Positions 1 through 11,233 of a stretch of DNA of 59,304 nt are shown here, in pieces. The stretch is from Girardia tigrina. Its lineage: Eukaryota. The position numbers and the translations under genes are program-made. The stretch's first letter is position 1. The number at the start of each line of letters is the position of its first letter. The notes under the pieces are model-generated. The model was not told the origin of the DNA. It worked only from the letters and a program-made list of their open reading frames with translations, and did no database searches. Where the stretch lies: assembly GCA_001938485.1 (NCBI GenBank), contig MQRK01238736.1, forward strand, positions 101,680-160,983, read 5' to 3'.

Positions 1-70
1 CCAATAGTTGTATTAAAAAAGCTTTAATCAAATTATATTTTCGAAATACTAAACTTGCGTTCACAAGACT

Positions 71-76
<6 letters not shown>

Positions 77-118
<42 letters not shown>
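77..118. repeat. (TA)n microsatellite (others at ~1171-1212, ~24518-24550, ~44313-44355)
   Basis: Directly visible. Confidence 0.95.
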
Positions 119-120
<2 letters not shown>

Positions 121-489
121 TAGTCTTTTGAATCAGTGTTTTTCGAATTGAGAAACTTTTTTATGACAGAAGATTTGATTATTTGATTCTATTAGGTTTT
201 TATCATTTTTACTCGATTTCTTTTCACACATTCAAAACTCATAACAATTTTAATTTAATTCAAATTGAAATTTGTTCAAAGCATTATTCACACATTATCC
301 TTGAATTCACACCAATTCAAACTCCAAATTTCGAATCTTTTCATACTTATTTTATTTGTTAGGTTTTATTTAAAATTAAATTTATCATTTTTGAAAGTCG
401 AAAAAACATTTTATTTATTTATGACAAATATTTTTAAAAAATCGATATCAAAATTGTAATTGTGGGAAAATTCCATAAATAACAAACAT

Positions 490-958
490 ACATTAACAAA
501 GATGTTAATGATCTGCTTGACATGCACAGTCAACCATTGACGGACGAAGAACTGGAGGAGTTGACCAAATCTGCAAGTGAAGAGGAGGAGGAAGAAGAAC
601 AAGGGGGTGCGGAAGAGGAGGTGGTTGGCCTAACGCTTGAATGTCTTGCAACCTTGCAGTGAAAAGGCTCAAAAACTTCAGCAACTTGCTAAAGATTGGG
701 ATACGAATATGATTCGTTCATTACAGTTTAAAATTTCTATTGACAGCTGCATGTCAGCCTACATAACACGTCTAATTCAGGCAAAGAAGCAATACGAACA
801 ACTATTTTTTATGATTTTTTATTGTGATTGTAATGTATCAAAATACATAATTAAAATAAAATATATGATTAAAATAAATATAGCGCCCCTATTTCGCGGA
901 TTTCACTTTCCGTGGGTGGTCCTGGAACGCATTAATAGCGATAAGTGAGGAATTACTG
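490..958 (+). mobile_element. Tigger/pogo-like transposon 3' remnant
   Basis: DVNDLLDMHSQPLTDEELEELT resembles a Tigger transposase C-terminus; ends GCGATAAGTGAGGAATTACTG followed by TA. Confidence 0.7.
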
Positions 959-1168
959 TATATATTTATCTTAAAAAGAAGTAAAAAATAAATTGAAGTT
1001 GAATTAATTAAACATCAAAAATTTTTTAAATTGGTAGATCTTGAGGTAGTTGGATCCAAAAAAGTTGAACTTCAGTACAAAAAGGTTGAGCAGGCCTGGT
1101 ATCTGATAAGCCATAAATAAAATATATATTGTTTTCCCAATTCTTTTTTTTGTTTATATATTTCGAGG

Positions 1169-1217
<49 letters not shown>

Positions 1218-1479
1218 TATGGTTTTTATATATTTTATAATTTTGAAACTGTATTTAAGAAGTTTGTATGAGCTATTTTTATTTGTCTCATTTTTACTAT
1301 CCGTCCTGTTTATTTTGTATATTTTTATCAATATTATTTTTGGATTTATATTTAATTGTTTTAATTGGCTCATTATTGTTTATTGTTTGTTTACATTTGA
1401 CATAAATAAATATTCATCAACAATCATTCAAGTAGATACTTTTGAAATGATAAAACGATAATCTATTGACCGTTTGTAT

Positions 1480-2440
1480 GTATTATACGAGTACCTCAAT
1501 TATTATCATAATCTTCCGAAAATAAATATTACTATACTTTTATGTTTATGTTCATTGGATTATAAAGTTAAATTTTGTATGTGGAGATCTTTTAAGAATT
1601 ATTTAACGACATTCTTTACAACTACCATCTAACTTTTCAATTCACTAACAACTTAGGAACTTTGTAATATTATCCGTAGCATATAAATTCTATTAAAAAA
1701 TGTTGAAGTAGATTAATTAAATATAAAGTTTTCTAACCTAAAAGAACATAGATTGCCCTTCCTATTGATTCTTCAAATTAGTTTTAATGTTTACTCTGTT
1801 CTTCTTAATAAGTTTGTAAAACTGTCTGATTTTATGATTAAAATACAAAACTATTAACAAATATGTCTAATATTAAAACTTAGAAAAAAGAAGAATGTCA
1901 AATAACAAAAAAGAGCATAAGAATAAAAATCTGTTAATTAAAGTAATAAATCTTCAAATGTTTATCCTCATAAATTTACATAAAAAGCCTTTATATCTGT
2001 CTACTTATTCACCACTCGGTGTAATATTCAACAAATTTATACATCCTCTTTTTCCAGTGTTACCAAATAAATATCTCTGTTTAAAAAAGTTTTGAGTCTG
2101 TTGATTTTGTGAATGTTAATGATGGATTTACATTTAATCTAATTAGTGTAATGAAGCTACATTTCATAAAACGTCGGCTTAAGGGATTATGTTTTTTAAA
2201 TTATAATTTCTACTTTTCTTGTCTCAACAAGTTTGCTTTTATCATATTAAAAATTAAATAGTACATTATGCTGGTTCTAACTAAATTATTCATGTTGACG
2301 AGAACGCAATCTTACTTTATCGATATACTTAAAATGTTTTTAAACTCTTCCTTCTAGTGTCAATAATTTGCAAAAAATTTCCCCCTAGTTTTCTTCAAAC
2401 CATATAAAACATAAGGATGTTAATTTCTTAATAATATGAC
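1480..2440 (-). pseudogene. Highly decayed Penelope-like reverse transcriptase fragment
   Basis: Minus-strand traces LYGLKKT (cf. LYGLPKTHK) and a frameshifted segment resembling PLLADIFM; many stops; boundaries approximate. Confidence 0.4.
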
Positions 2441-2459
2441 TGATCTGTATTCTTCCCAC

Positions 2460-3178
2460 CAGTACCGGATTACCCTTTAAGCAAAGTAAGGTCCCGTCAA
2501 TTAAGTGGCACTGCGATAAAAAGATAAATATATTGTAGTATTGTGTTAATAATTAAAAAATATTAGCAAGTTAGTAACGACGATTGACAGAAAATCAAAC
2601 ATTTAAAAATTCAAATGTTTCGTGGACAACATTTAACTGTCAACATGTTACTCGTATTCGCTTATGGTTGACTCATATTTACTCAACTCGATAATTGTTA
2701 CTTATTGCCAAAAATTGTGCGTTAGCATATAAGCGCGTTTTGCGCATGTGAATGACAACGAAAACGGTGTGAATTTGTGAACCATGTCTGTGGATTAGCA
2801 TAAAACTATCTATTAGGTAGTCATGCAGTGATGTCAACTCTTCCACCGAAGTTGACGGATACTTAAACGAGAATTACTGGACGTCAAAGAATGCCATTTC
2901 TGACTGTAGCTTTTTTGCTAGAGATTAGGGTAAGAAATGACATTTTTAACGTTTAGCAATTCTTGTTTAAGTTACCAAACTTCCACTGCCACGTGCAAAA
3001 ATGGCAACTACGCTACTGACAGTGAAATGTAAAAATTGGTTTAACTACTTACAGACACTAAGAAAGTACTTGACTATTAAATTCGCAAATTGCAATATGT
3101 GTCTGGTACTCTCACCGGGCCTCGGGGCCTCTCAAGTTTGACTGTATATCTGCATTAACAGTGCTTAATCTGGCACTG
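2460..3178. mobile_element. hAT-like non-autonomous element with internal inverted repeat
   Basis: Ends CAGTACCGGATTA / TAATCTGGCACTG; flanks CTTCCCAC / CTTCCATG are a partial 8-bp TSD; about 38-bp inverted arms at ~2863-2901 and ~2934-2970. Confidence 0.5.
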
Positions 3179-3643
3179 CTTCCATGGAAGGTTTAAATAT
3201 AATATATTTCCATTTATTTATAGGTAAACTTGGGTTTATAGGTTGAAATTATCATTTACCCAAGTCATCCAGATTAACGAAAGTCTTCTCTTTCAAAAGG
3301 GGTAGTAGAAAAACCACGTCGTGATTGTGATGCCGGCTGCCAAACCAAGTGGCGGCGACCAGCACCTCTTAATTGTGCAGAGGTTCACCAGCGGGAAGGA
3401 AGAGCCGACCGCTTCTCTGTCGCTCGGGATCCAGGCATGTCGAGTGCCCACCGGTCTACAGGTCGCTTTCAATCGGTATTGCAGTTGGTGAGTGCACCGC
3501 CGAACGATGGCGCACGGGATCCGACCGGGTCGTTATGTCGCGGAGCGCTGCGCTTACGCGGGTGGCATATGAATTTGTGATATTAATTTAAAAGTCAAAA
3601 GAAATCGAAAGATTAAAATTGTATTTTTTTAAAAAAGTGTGTT

Positions 3644-3808
3644 TGTAGTGACCTACTCTGGGATATAGGATTTAATTCCTATAATAAAATTAAATTGATT
3701 TATAAATTGATGAAATAAAAAGTTAAATTGTTAGTCTTTTGAAATATATTTTTAGTATTATTCTTGGATTTTTATTTTAAAAAGTGAAGACACTTTCAGT
3801 TTTTCACA
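3644..3808 (+). repeat. 5' LTR (165 bp)
   Basis: TGTAGTGACC...TTTTCACA; differs from the 3' copy only at 3660, 3740 and 3798; contains TATA-like and AATAAA motifs. Confidence 0.96.
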
Positions 3809-3810
3809 AT

Positions 3811-3822
3811 TGGTGTCAGAAG
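3811..3822 (+). other. Primer binding site, tRNA-Leu type
   Basis: TGGTGTCAGAAG, 2 nt after the 5' LTR; its reverse complement CTTCTGACACCA matches the 3' end of metazoan tRNA-Leu plus CCA. Confidence 0.85.
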
Positions 3823-3841
3823 AAAAAAAAGAAAGAAGATT

Positions 3842-5161
3842 ATGCCTCCATTAAGAAAGAAAAGTTCTTCAAAAAGAAATTTCAATCAGTTAATCCAGGA
3901 ATTATTATCCACATATCAAGATCAACAAGATTATTTATCGCAGTTAAACGTAAAATACAATTTTTTATTAAACGCTATGGAAAAACTGCTTTTCGATGTA
4001 CAAAAAAATGTTGAATACTCTTTATTGGCATTGGGAATTTCTAAAACTATAAATAAAGTGAAGCATAACAAGATCAATCAAATAAATCAGTTCAATTCTT
4101 TTTCTCACGTATCAATACCGAAAATTGGTACACTTATACCAAACAGAATTTTTGTGGGTGGACTCACGTCAAATACAACTGAGGACGAATTAAAAATTTT
4201 CTTTTCGAGTTACGGTCCAATTAAATACGCAAATATAATAAATGATCGTACGGTATTATCGAAAAGAAGCTATGGATTTGTGACTTTTGAAAAGGAAGAA
4301 ATTGCTGAAAATCTCACCAAGAATGAATCTGAAACATTGATCTTTAAAGAGAGAAAATTGAACATTAAACAAGCTGTAAGAAATAAATATTTATATCCTC
4401 GACAAGAAATTTCTGGAACAGTTTCATATAATGGACCAGTTCCATATGCTTTGCAAAATGGATCAACTTTATTTCAGGTTCCTGTGCAACATTATTCAGC
4501 TTTAACAGTGATGTCTCCACAATATGCAACTATGATGTTACCTCAATCGACCACAACGATGTATTTACCGCAACCTCAGTACGTTCATCAAATTCCTGCC
4601 GCCGTAATTCCTAACCCTAATTATGCACAGCAAATGGCATCTCTACAAACTAGACCGAAGTCTACTGATTCGTCTACTGCAACACCATGTGTTACATTAA
4701 CTGGATTAACATCAGCTCCTCAATCTCCTTTACAATCTTCTATTAATAATAGTTCCAATAGGACTGCTCAAACATTAAAGGGGGTGGCTACTTCAAAATC
4801 CAAGAATCTTTCTCCTCCTAATGTAACACCTACCACAACACATTTGTTGAGTCCAATGTCCGCAGGACACGAAATTTTACATATTCCTCAAAATGACGTT
4901 AAAACTTTTAACAAAACATTTCAGAACAAGACAGTACAGACCACTTCGACTGAAAACATATCATCCAGAACCCACAAGGACAATTACACACAACACGAAG
5001 AAATTAAAGAAAATCATATTCTTAGCCAAACAAATCTTCATATTTCAAATCAAGAGACGGCTTTCACTACAGACATCAGCAGTTGCATAAAACACGATAA
5101 TCAAAAAGAATATCATCCATTTATAAAAAGCAAAATCAAGTTAACAACATCACTTCCGTAG
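3842..5161 (+). CDS. boule: Boule/DAZ-family RRM protein, intronless copy inside the LTR element (439 aa)
   Basis: aa 93-182 (4118-4387) PKIGTLIPNRIFVGGL...SYGFVTFE...LIFKERKLNI match the Boule RRM signature (GTLIPNRIFVGG, YGFVTF, RKLNI). GPVPYALQNGSTLF (4433-4474) resembles the DAZ-repeat motif PYTYHNGVAYF. A P/Q/Y-rich then S/T-rich tail follows. Confidence 0.9.
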   Translation: MPPLRKKSSSKRNFNQLIQELLSTYQDQQDYLSQLNVKYNFLLNAMEKLLFDVQKNVEYSLLALGISKTINKVKHNKINQINQFNSFSHVSIPKIGTLIPNRIFVGGLTSNTTEDELKIFFSSYGPIKYANIINDRTVLSKRSYGFVTFEKEEIAENLTKNESETLIFKERKLNIKQAVRNKYLYPRQEISGTVSYNGPVPYALQNGSTLFQVPVQHYSALTVMSPQYATMMLPQSTTTMYLPQPQYVHQIPAAVIPNPNYAQQMASLQTRPKSTDSSTATPCVTLTGLTSAPQSPLQSSINNSSNRTAQTLKGVATSKSKNLSPPNVTPTTTHLLSPMSAGHEILHIPQNDVKTFNKTFQNKTVQTTSTENISSRTHKDNYTQHEEIKENHILSQTNLHISNQETAFTTDISSCIKHDNQKEYHPFIKSKIKLTTSLP

Positions 5162-5410
5162 GTCAAATTAAGAACATCAACAAATTGTTAACTGAGGAAA
5201 TCAATGAAACATTTACAAATACTTTCTCTGACTTTGGAGCTTTAGTCAGAGATAACATAACTGGGAGATTCGACGGACCATACAACATTGTGAAAAATCA
5301 AAAAAATCTTTCCTTTTGATCATAAATGGCATCGAAACAATTGTAAACCAGAAACGAATCAGAATTTGTGCAAAAAACCATTTGAGGAAATTGATTTCAC
5401 ACATTTAAAT
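5130..5410 (+). pseudogene. Gypsy integrase C-terminal (GPY/F) remnant, frameshifted
   Basis: An alternate frame reads ALVRDNITGRFDGPYNIVK (GPY at 5275-5283); after a second shift it reads KSFLLIINGIETIVNQKRIR. It lies just upstream of the PPT, where pol would end. Confidence 0.75.
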
Positions 5411-5489
5411 AACGAATTCCGTAGCAAAATCAAATCAAGATTCGAACATAATTTTCAAAGTGTTTGAAACAACGTAACGCTCCACTTAC

Positions 5490-5499
5490 AAAAGGGGGG
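5490..5499 (+). other. Polypurine tract
   Basis: AAAAGGGGGG ending 4 nt before the 3' LTR. Confidence 0.9.
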
Positions 5500-5503
5500 C
5501 TTG

Positions 5504-5668
5504 TGTAGTGACCTACTCTTGGATATAGGATTTAATTCCTATAATAAAATTAAATTGATTTATAAATTGATGAAATAAAAAGTTAAATTGTTAGTCTTTC
5601 GAAATATATTTTTAGTATTATTCTTGGATTTTTATTTTAAAAAGTGAAGACACTTTCGGTTTTTCACA
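5504..5668 (+). repeat. 3' LTR (165 bp)
   Basis: 162/165 identical to 3644-3808; followed by the TSD GTGTT. Confidence 0.96.
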
Positions 5669-8600
5669 GTGTTCACATTCGTATTATTTAAACAAATGTT
5701 TATGCAAACACCAATTAGTTTCTTTTTAATTATAATTTTTGTTTCGGTCGTTTGATCGGAGCACCACAGTGATCGAACTCAATAACTTTGTGACTTCAAA
5801 TATAATATATGTGGTCTCATGTTCTCGTGAAACCAAACATATTAACTTCTATGAACTCAAATTAAATTAAATATAAACAATCAATTCTATCAAAAATTAG
5901 TTCTAGCCCTAAACGCTCAATAATCCGTTTGACCGAACAACTACAATCCGAATTTGAAACTATTAAAAATAAATTTTCAAAAATATCAAATGTTATTTCT
6001 TTTTTAAGAAAAGATATTAAAATAATATTTCAATAAATTTCTATTTATTAAAATATATTTCTATCAATGAAAATGATTTAATTAATTAAAAAAGATTTTA
6101 TGAAATAAATTTATAGAAAAAACATAGAAAATACCTTCGTGACTCTTTCGTCAGAAGATGAATAATTCGGGTTCTTCTAATTCACTGACCAATTTAATAT
6201 TGAACCGTAACTTAGAATGATCCCGGGTTGCTTATTCTTTTTACCACGACGTTTCTAGTTACAAATATACAAAAATTTACCAAAAAAATTGGTGATTTAT
6301 AATGAGAGAAAAAACGAAACGCACAACATTACTTAAAAATAAAAAAATATTGAAAATTATTTTCTCTAATTCTTAAATAATTAATAATTTTACTGAATAC
6401 ATTAGTTAATTCAATGAAGGATAGAAATAAAAAATATAGATAAAAATGTATTGAAAAATAAATGAATAGTATTTGTTAAAATGACAAAAATTGTTAATTT
6501 ATTTATTTATATTTTTAGCCAATTCTTCATTTCTTCGTCGTAAATACATTATATATTTCCCTCTTTGATGTATAGGATCAATTTTGTCGGGCTCGAAACT
6601 ATTTAGTGACGTCAATTCATTGACACTGATCGACTGTTCCTCGAAATTATTTTCAATCTCTTCTGATGTATCAAGATCATCGAGCTCAGCCTAAACTCAA
6701 TTTTTTATCAGAAATAATGTAAAAAATAATTAAAAGCATTAAAATTATTAAAACAATTGTAATGAAAAACTCAAATATACAGTGAAAGCCGCTTATAGTG
6801 ACCACCGCTTAATGTAATTAATTCTCGATTTACGCACTATATTTATAGCAACCTTTAATACATATAGTAGTGATCCTAAAAAATCATCACATTCATTACA
6901 TTAATTTGAATAAAAATAAAAGATAAAAAAAGTGTAGCGCAACGTTGAAAATTCCAATAAAAACGATAAAGATTAACTATCACTGGAAAAATTTATTTTA
7001 ATCATTAAAAATATTTATTTGAGTTTGGTTTAAATAATTGAACATTCACCAAAAACGACACACACAATTTTGGTTTTCTTGTAAAATATATTGAATGTTA
7101 CTCGTAGAATAAATTCGTTGAAAACATTCAATTTGTTCTTTTACTTAATGAATCGCGACTCGCCGTTCCGAATTTCAATCGAAAATTCCTTCCAAGGAAT
7201 TCTGTTCATCGAATTGCATGACGGGCAAGATGGCGGCCCTCGCTTACGAACTCCGATGCCATATTATCGGGGTTAACATTTTTAAAAAAAATTGAAGTAA
7301 TATTCTTTGATACATTCATAAATTTAAAAGCATAAATCAGAAATAGCATAAAATTCATAGATTAACTTTAAATTTTAGTGAAATTGTAGCACCATAATAT
7401 AAATAAGCATAGACGGATTGAGTGCTTTTACTTAAGTAAGAGTAAACTTTTGGTATGAAATCTTGGTGTATTTTCCATTAATGTATCTAAAAAAAATTAT
7501 TTCCGTAGAATATGGCCTCATAGCTCAATAGATTATTGAACTCTTGAGGAAGTTGTAATTAAACAAAGAAAAGTTGGGTACCAATAAAATTGGAGTTTTT
7601 TGCCAAAGTTTTCATTCCCGCTACATTGTCCTATAATTAAATTTGAGATTCTAGGAGGGATTATTATTCCCTTTACCCCCTTGGATTCTCCCTTATATTT
7701 ATGAAGATTTTCTTTAATCTTCAAGCAACATTTTCAACAATTATACAACCTAACATAGCGACTATGTAATCAACTTATGCAATAGCTATTTAAATACTTT
7801 CAACTAATTGAAAGAGTCTTGTTTAAACATTAATGGGTGGATTCAATAATTTTGATCCATTATAGCTCACAAGAGACCCTTTTCCAATAATTTTTAAAAT
7901 TACAGTTTTATATTTAGAAAAGTATTAATAGTGTGTCGAAAGGATGCAACGATAAATATATAAATATCAAAACAATTAGAGTAACAATTTATTCAATATT
8001 ATTTGAAACATTTTCGAAATTTGATTAATGATTTGCAAATATTTAATTAAAGAATAATTTAATTCATTTTAACAAAACCTCATTTTTCTCCAACATAAAA
8101 AGATTTCCTAGATTTCCTTAGAGACAGATCGGTGGTAGTCCAAACAAATTCCTCATTTCTAAGTTCACATAGATGTTCTATGTCTTTAGCCTTTTTACAC
8201 AGCTTGTTCCGAATCGAATATTTCAGAAACCTAAAATTCGTTAGGTCATATTTTTATTTAGGAAAGTTATTTTACTGTGTTTTGTTTAACTGCATCAATC
8301 ACAGTTTTTTTGTTTAACAAAAATTTAGTTTTCGTTGTGTGTAAATTTAAAGTGTAAAGCGAAATTTTGTTTTATAATAAAATTTTTGATTATAGTATCT
8401 TTGAAATGTTCATGATACAAATCTAATTTTTATAATGAAAATTCCCAAATATCAACGACTGATTTTGTATTGAAAGAACTGGATAATAAGTTGTCTAAAA
8501 TGATTTATATCGATAATCCATATTTAGGATAGGCTGATGCATTTTTGTTAAATTTGACAAGAAAATAGTTGAGTTTGTTAAAGTTTTAAATCATTTGAGA

Positions 8601-8759
8601 TTTCAAGAAATTGACGAAGAAATCGAGCTACAAGTGTATGCACGTAAAATGGTTTCCTCCACCTCATTTGCATTTGTCGATGATGAATCTCAACGATGAC
8701 TCTGTCCGAGGGGACGCACTCCTATTGACCTTGATGCTCTTGGAATCTATCTTCTGACC

Positions 8760-9260
8760 TTGTTACCATCTACATAGTCATTTATGAATTTCTGAAAGTA
8801 ACTACATATGCCTAGAAAGATTTTAAGGTTTTCGATACAATAAAGTTTGTTGAATGTTCTGATAATTTTTATTTTGACTGATCTGATTGATAACTTCGTT
8901 AGTAACTTCATTTCCTCCTTTGACAACAGAAACTCACTAGGTGAACTCAATCCAGCTTCATATTTTACTTAGTACTGCGTTTAGAACATCTCAGCGTTGA
9001 TATATATTTTCTGTTAATTCCAAGATGTCATTCAAATAGGTATTGGTTCCTTTTATTTCTCCCATGAACTTGATTGAGAAGTGCTACTTGAGAAGTACCG
9101 TAGATGCAGCTATATCAAATGGAATCCTAGTAAAACAATGTTGTAATTTTTGAAATAATAATCTTTTCTCCTTTAACGTCCCTTTGTAGCAGGCATTTCT
9201 GAAATCAATAGTACAATGAATCCAGCATTTCGTTAATACTTGGAATTGAGAACACTTGTT
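8760..9260 (-). pseudogene. Decayed Gypsy reverse transcriptase fragment
   Basis: Traces FSIPSINEMLD, TIDFRNA, FTRIPF, TYLNDIL and FLGICSYFQKFI, with stops and frameshifts. Confidence 0.65.
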
Positions 9261-10518
9261 TTTTGATAAACATTGTTTTCAAAAATTTCTGATTAAGCCA
9301 AAAAGAAAATAATTTAAACAAATCGCCAAAAATAATTTGTAATAATGTTATTTTAAATTAATATTTTTACTCTTATAAATTTTTTATAATTATTATGTGT
9401 TCTTGGAACATCCTTAGAATTATTATTAAGAGTTCCTCCAGACATCCAAATTTTATTATTATACACAAAAAATGTTTAAATCTTATATTTAAACAAACTT
9501 TGAGAAACAATTTTTTTCATAAATCTTAAACCGATATTGTGAGGAATATTTTAAATTGTTTGAAAGTGTAAATGTATGGATGCTATATGTTGATTTAAGT
9601 ATGTTGAATTTAGAATGGTGATTCTCCCACCCAGATGGAAATTGGTATTTTTTTATTAAGTTGAAATTGATTGACTATTCGAACATAATTAAAATAATAA
9701 TTTTATAAGTTCATATCTTTAATTTCAGAATTAAAATTAAATTTAATAATTTTTAGTAAAATTTAAATTAAATGCATTTTTAATAATTTGATGTCATTTT
9801 TATTATTTTTGGATTTATTGATAAATGGTAAAAATTATTATTTTTTAATTAATATTTTTTAGAGGTTAAATATTTTAAAAAATAACTTAGAAAAATTGTT
9901 CGAATAATCATGATTAAAAACAGAAATAAGAAAACCAATTAGAACGATGGCAAACGATGAAAGACTTTCTGAGAGTCTTAATGACTCTAAATGTAATTGC
10001 AATAAAAATTCAAATGAGACTTGTTTAAATGTTCTTAATAGATATTAATAAAAATACTTATAAATATTCATATTTGACTTTATTTCAATTTTATAAATTA
10101 ATTTTAAATTATGATAACATTTTTAAATATTTAATCATTTCGTTTAATTTTATTAATTTTAAAAAATCGTTACACATCTAAAAGTTATACATTTTAATTG
10201 GCATATTACATTTTAGACTATTAAAAAAATTCTTAATTCTGAACTGTTTAATTAGATCTTATTAATTTTAAAAATTTCTTTTTCAAACTTTACATATTTA
10301 AATATATCTAAATTTTAATATCTACAGATTTAATTTAACTTTATTTTAAAAATTGTTCTAACATTTTTTAATTCCTAACGATAATTTCTAACATTTTCAG
10401 AAGCACGATATTAATTTAAGGACTTTTGTGACTCAATATATATCTTTTAGTTAAAAAAAACTTTTTATACATTAAAAATATAAAAAATTTATAAAAATTT
10501 TAAAGATAAATAATTTAC

Positions 10519-11008
10519 TTGTGCATTTTGAGTAAGAAATTTGATTTTTCTGATTTGAATTGTATAAAAAGCCATTAGAACTGATAAGAAAACATTTTGG
10601 CACCCAATTATAATAAATAATACATGAATGAGATTCAGGCGACAATCTTGGCATTTCGGGTGGAACAACAGCAGCACTAAATGAATCGCAATATTTGATA
10701 AAAGGATTCCAGTAATACTGAGAGTTCCAAGGGTTTGGATTACTTGACAATTTGTGTTTAGTAAAAATATTTCAAGCCGATGACTGACGGATATTATACG
10801 ACAATAAAAAAAGATGGTTATTATGAGCAATATGACTTCTGCTGCGATGACTAAGAAGATACTATTTTTCCATTGCCAATTGAAAATGATGAGGTATAAA
10901 ATGGCAACGAATTCCGACAATAGAATGAGAATAGGTATAATTATGAACAGTAATTCTTTTTTATATATTTTTCTGTCTTCTTTGCATGTATTATAAACTG
11001 ATGGTAGA
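10519..11008 (-). CDS. Candidate exon of an unknown multi-pass (about 4 TM) membrane protein
   Basis: 490-bp open frame with TTTAG acceptor and GTAAAT donor and four hydrophobic segments. A plausible 75-bp intron leads to a short terminal exon 10411-10443 (IYIESQKSLN*). Confidence 0.5.
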
Positions 11009-11233
11009 CTAAATATAAATTTAATGAATTATTAATTAACATAAATATATTATCATTAAAGTAGTTAGATTTGTAATAAAGATGAAAATATTTTGAATTA
11101 AAGATTTATTTCTTAATAGTGTTTCTTGAAGGATAACAGTATTCTTTAAAAAACTAAAGAGTATGCCGAAAATTACTGTCCATTAAAACAAATGATTTTT
11201 TTAAAAAAATAATTAATATTGTAATTTTAAATA

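Larger units (their letters stand above)
3644..5668 (+). mobile_element. Non-autonomous Gypsy-derived LTR retroelement carrying a captured boule-like ORF
   Basis: Two 165-bp direct repeats (3644-3808, 5504-5668) begin TGT and end ACA. GTGTT is duplicated at 3639-3643 and 5669-5673. PBS TGGTGTCAGAAG at 3811-3822, PPT AAAAGGGGGG at 5490-5499. No RT or RNase H inside. Confidence 0.96.

Noticed and set aside
3784-4014. 76-aa ORF overlapping the LTR end, PBS and boule start
   Set aside because: Non-ATG start inside the LTR; a shadow frame of the 439-aa ORF.
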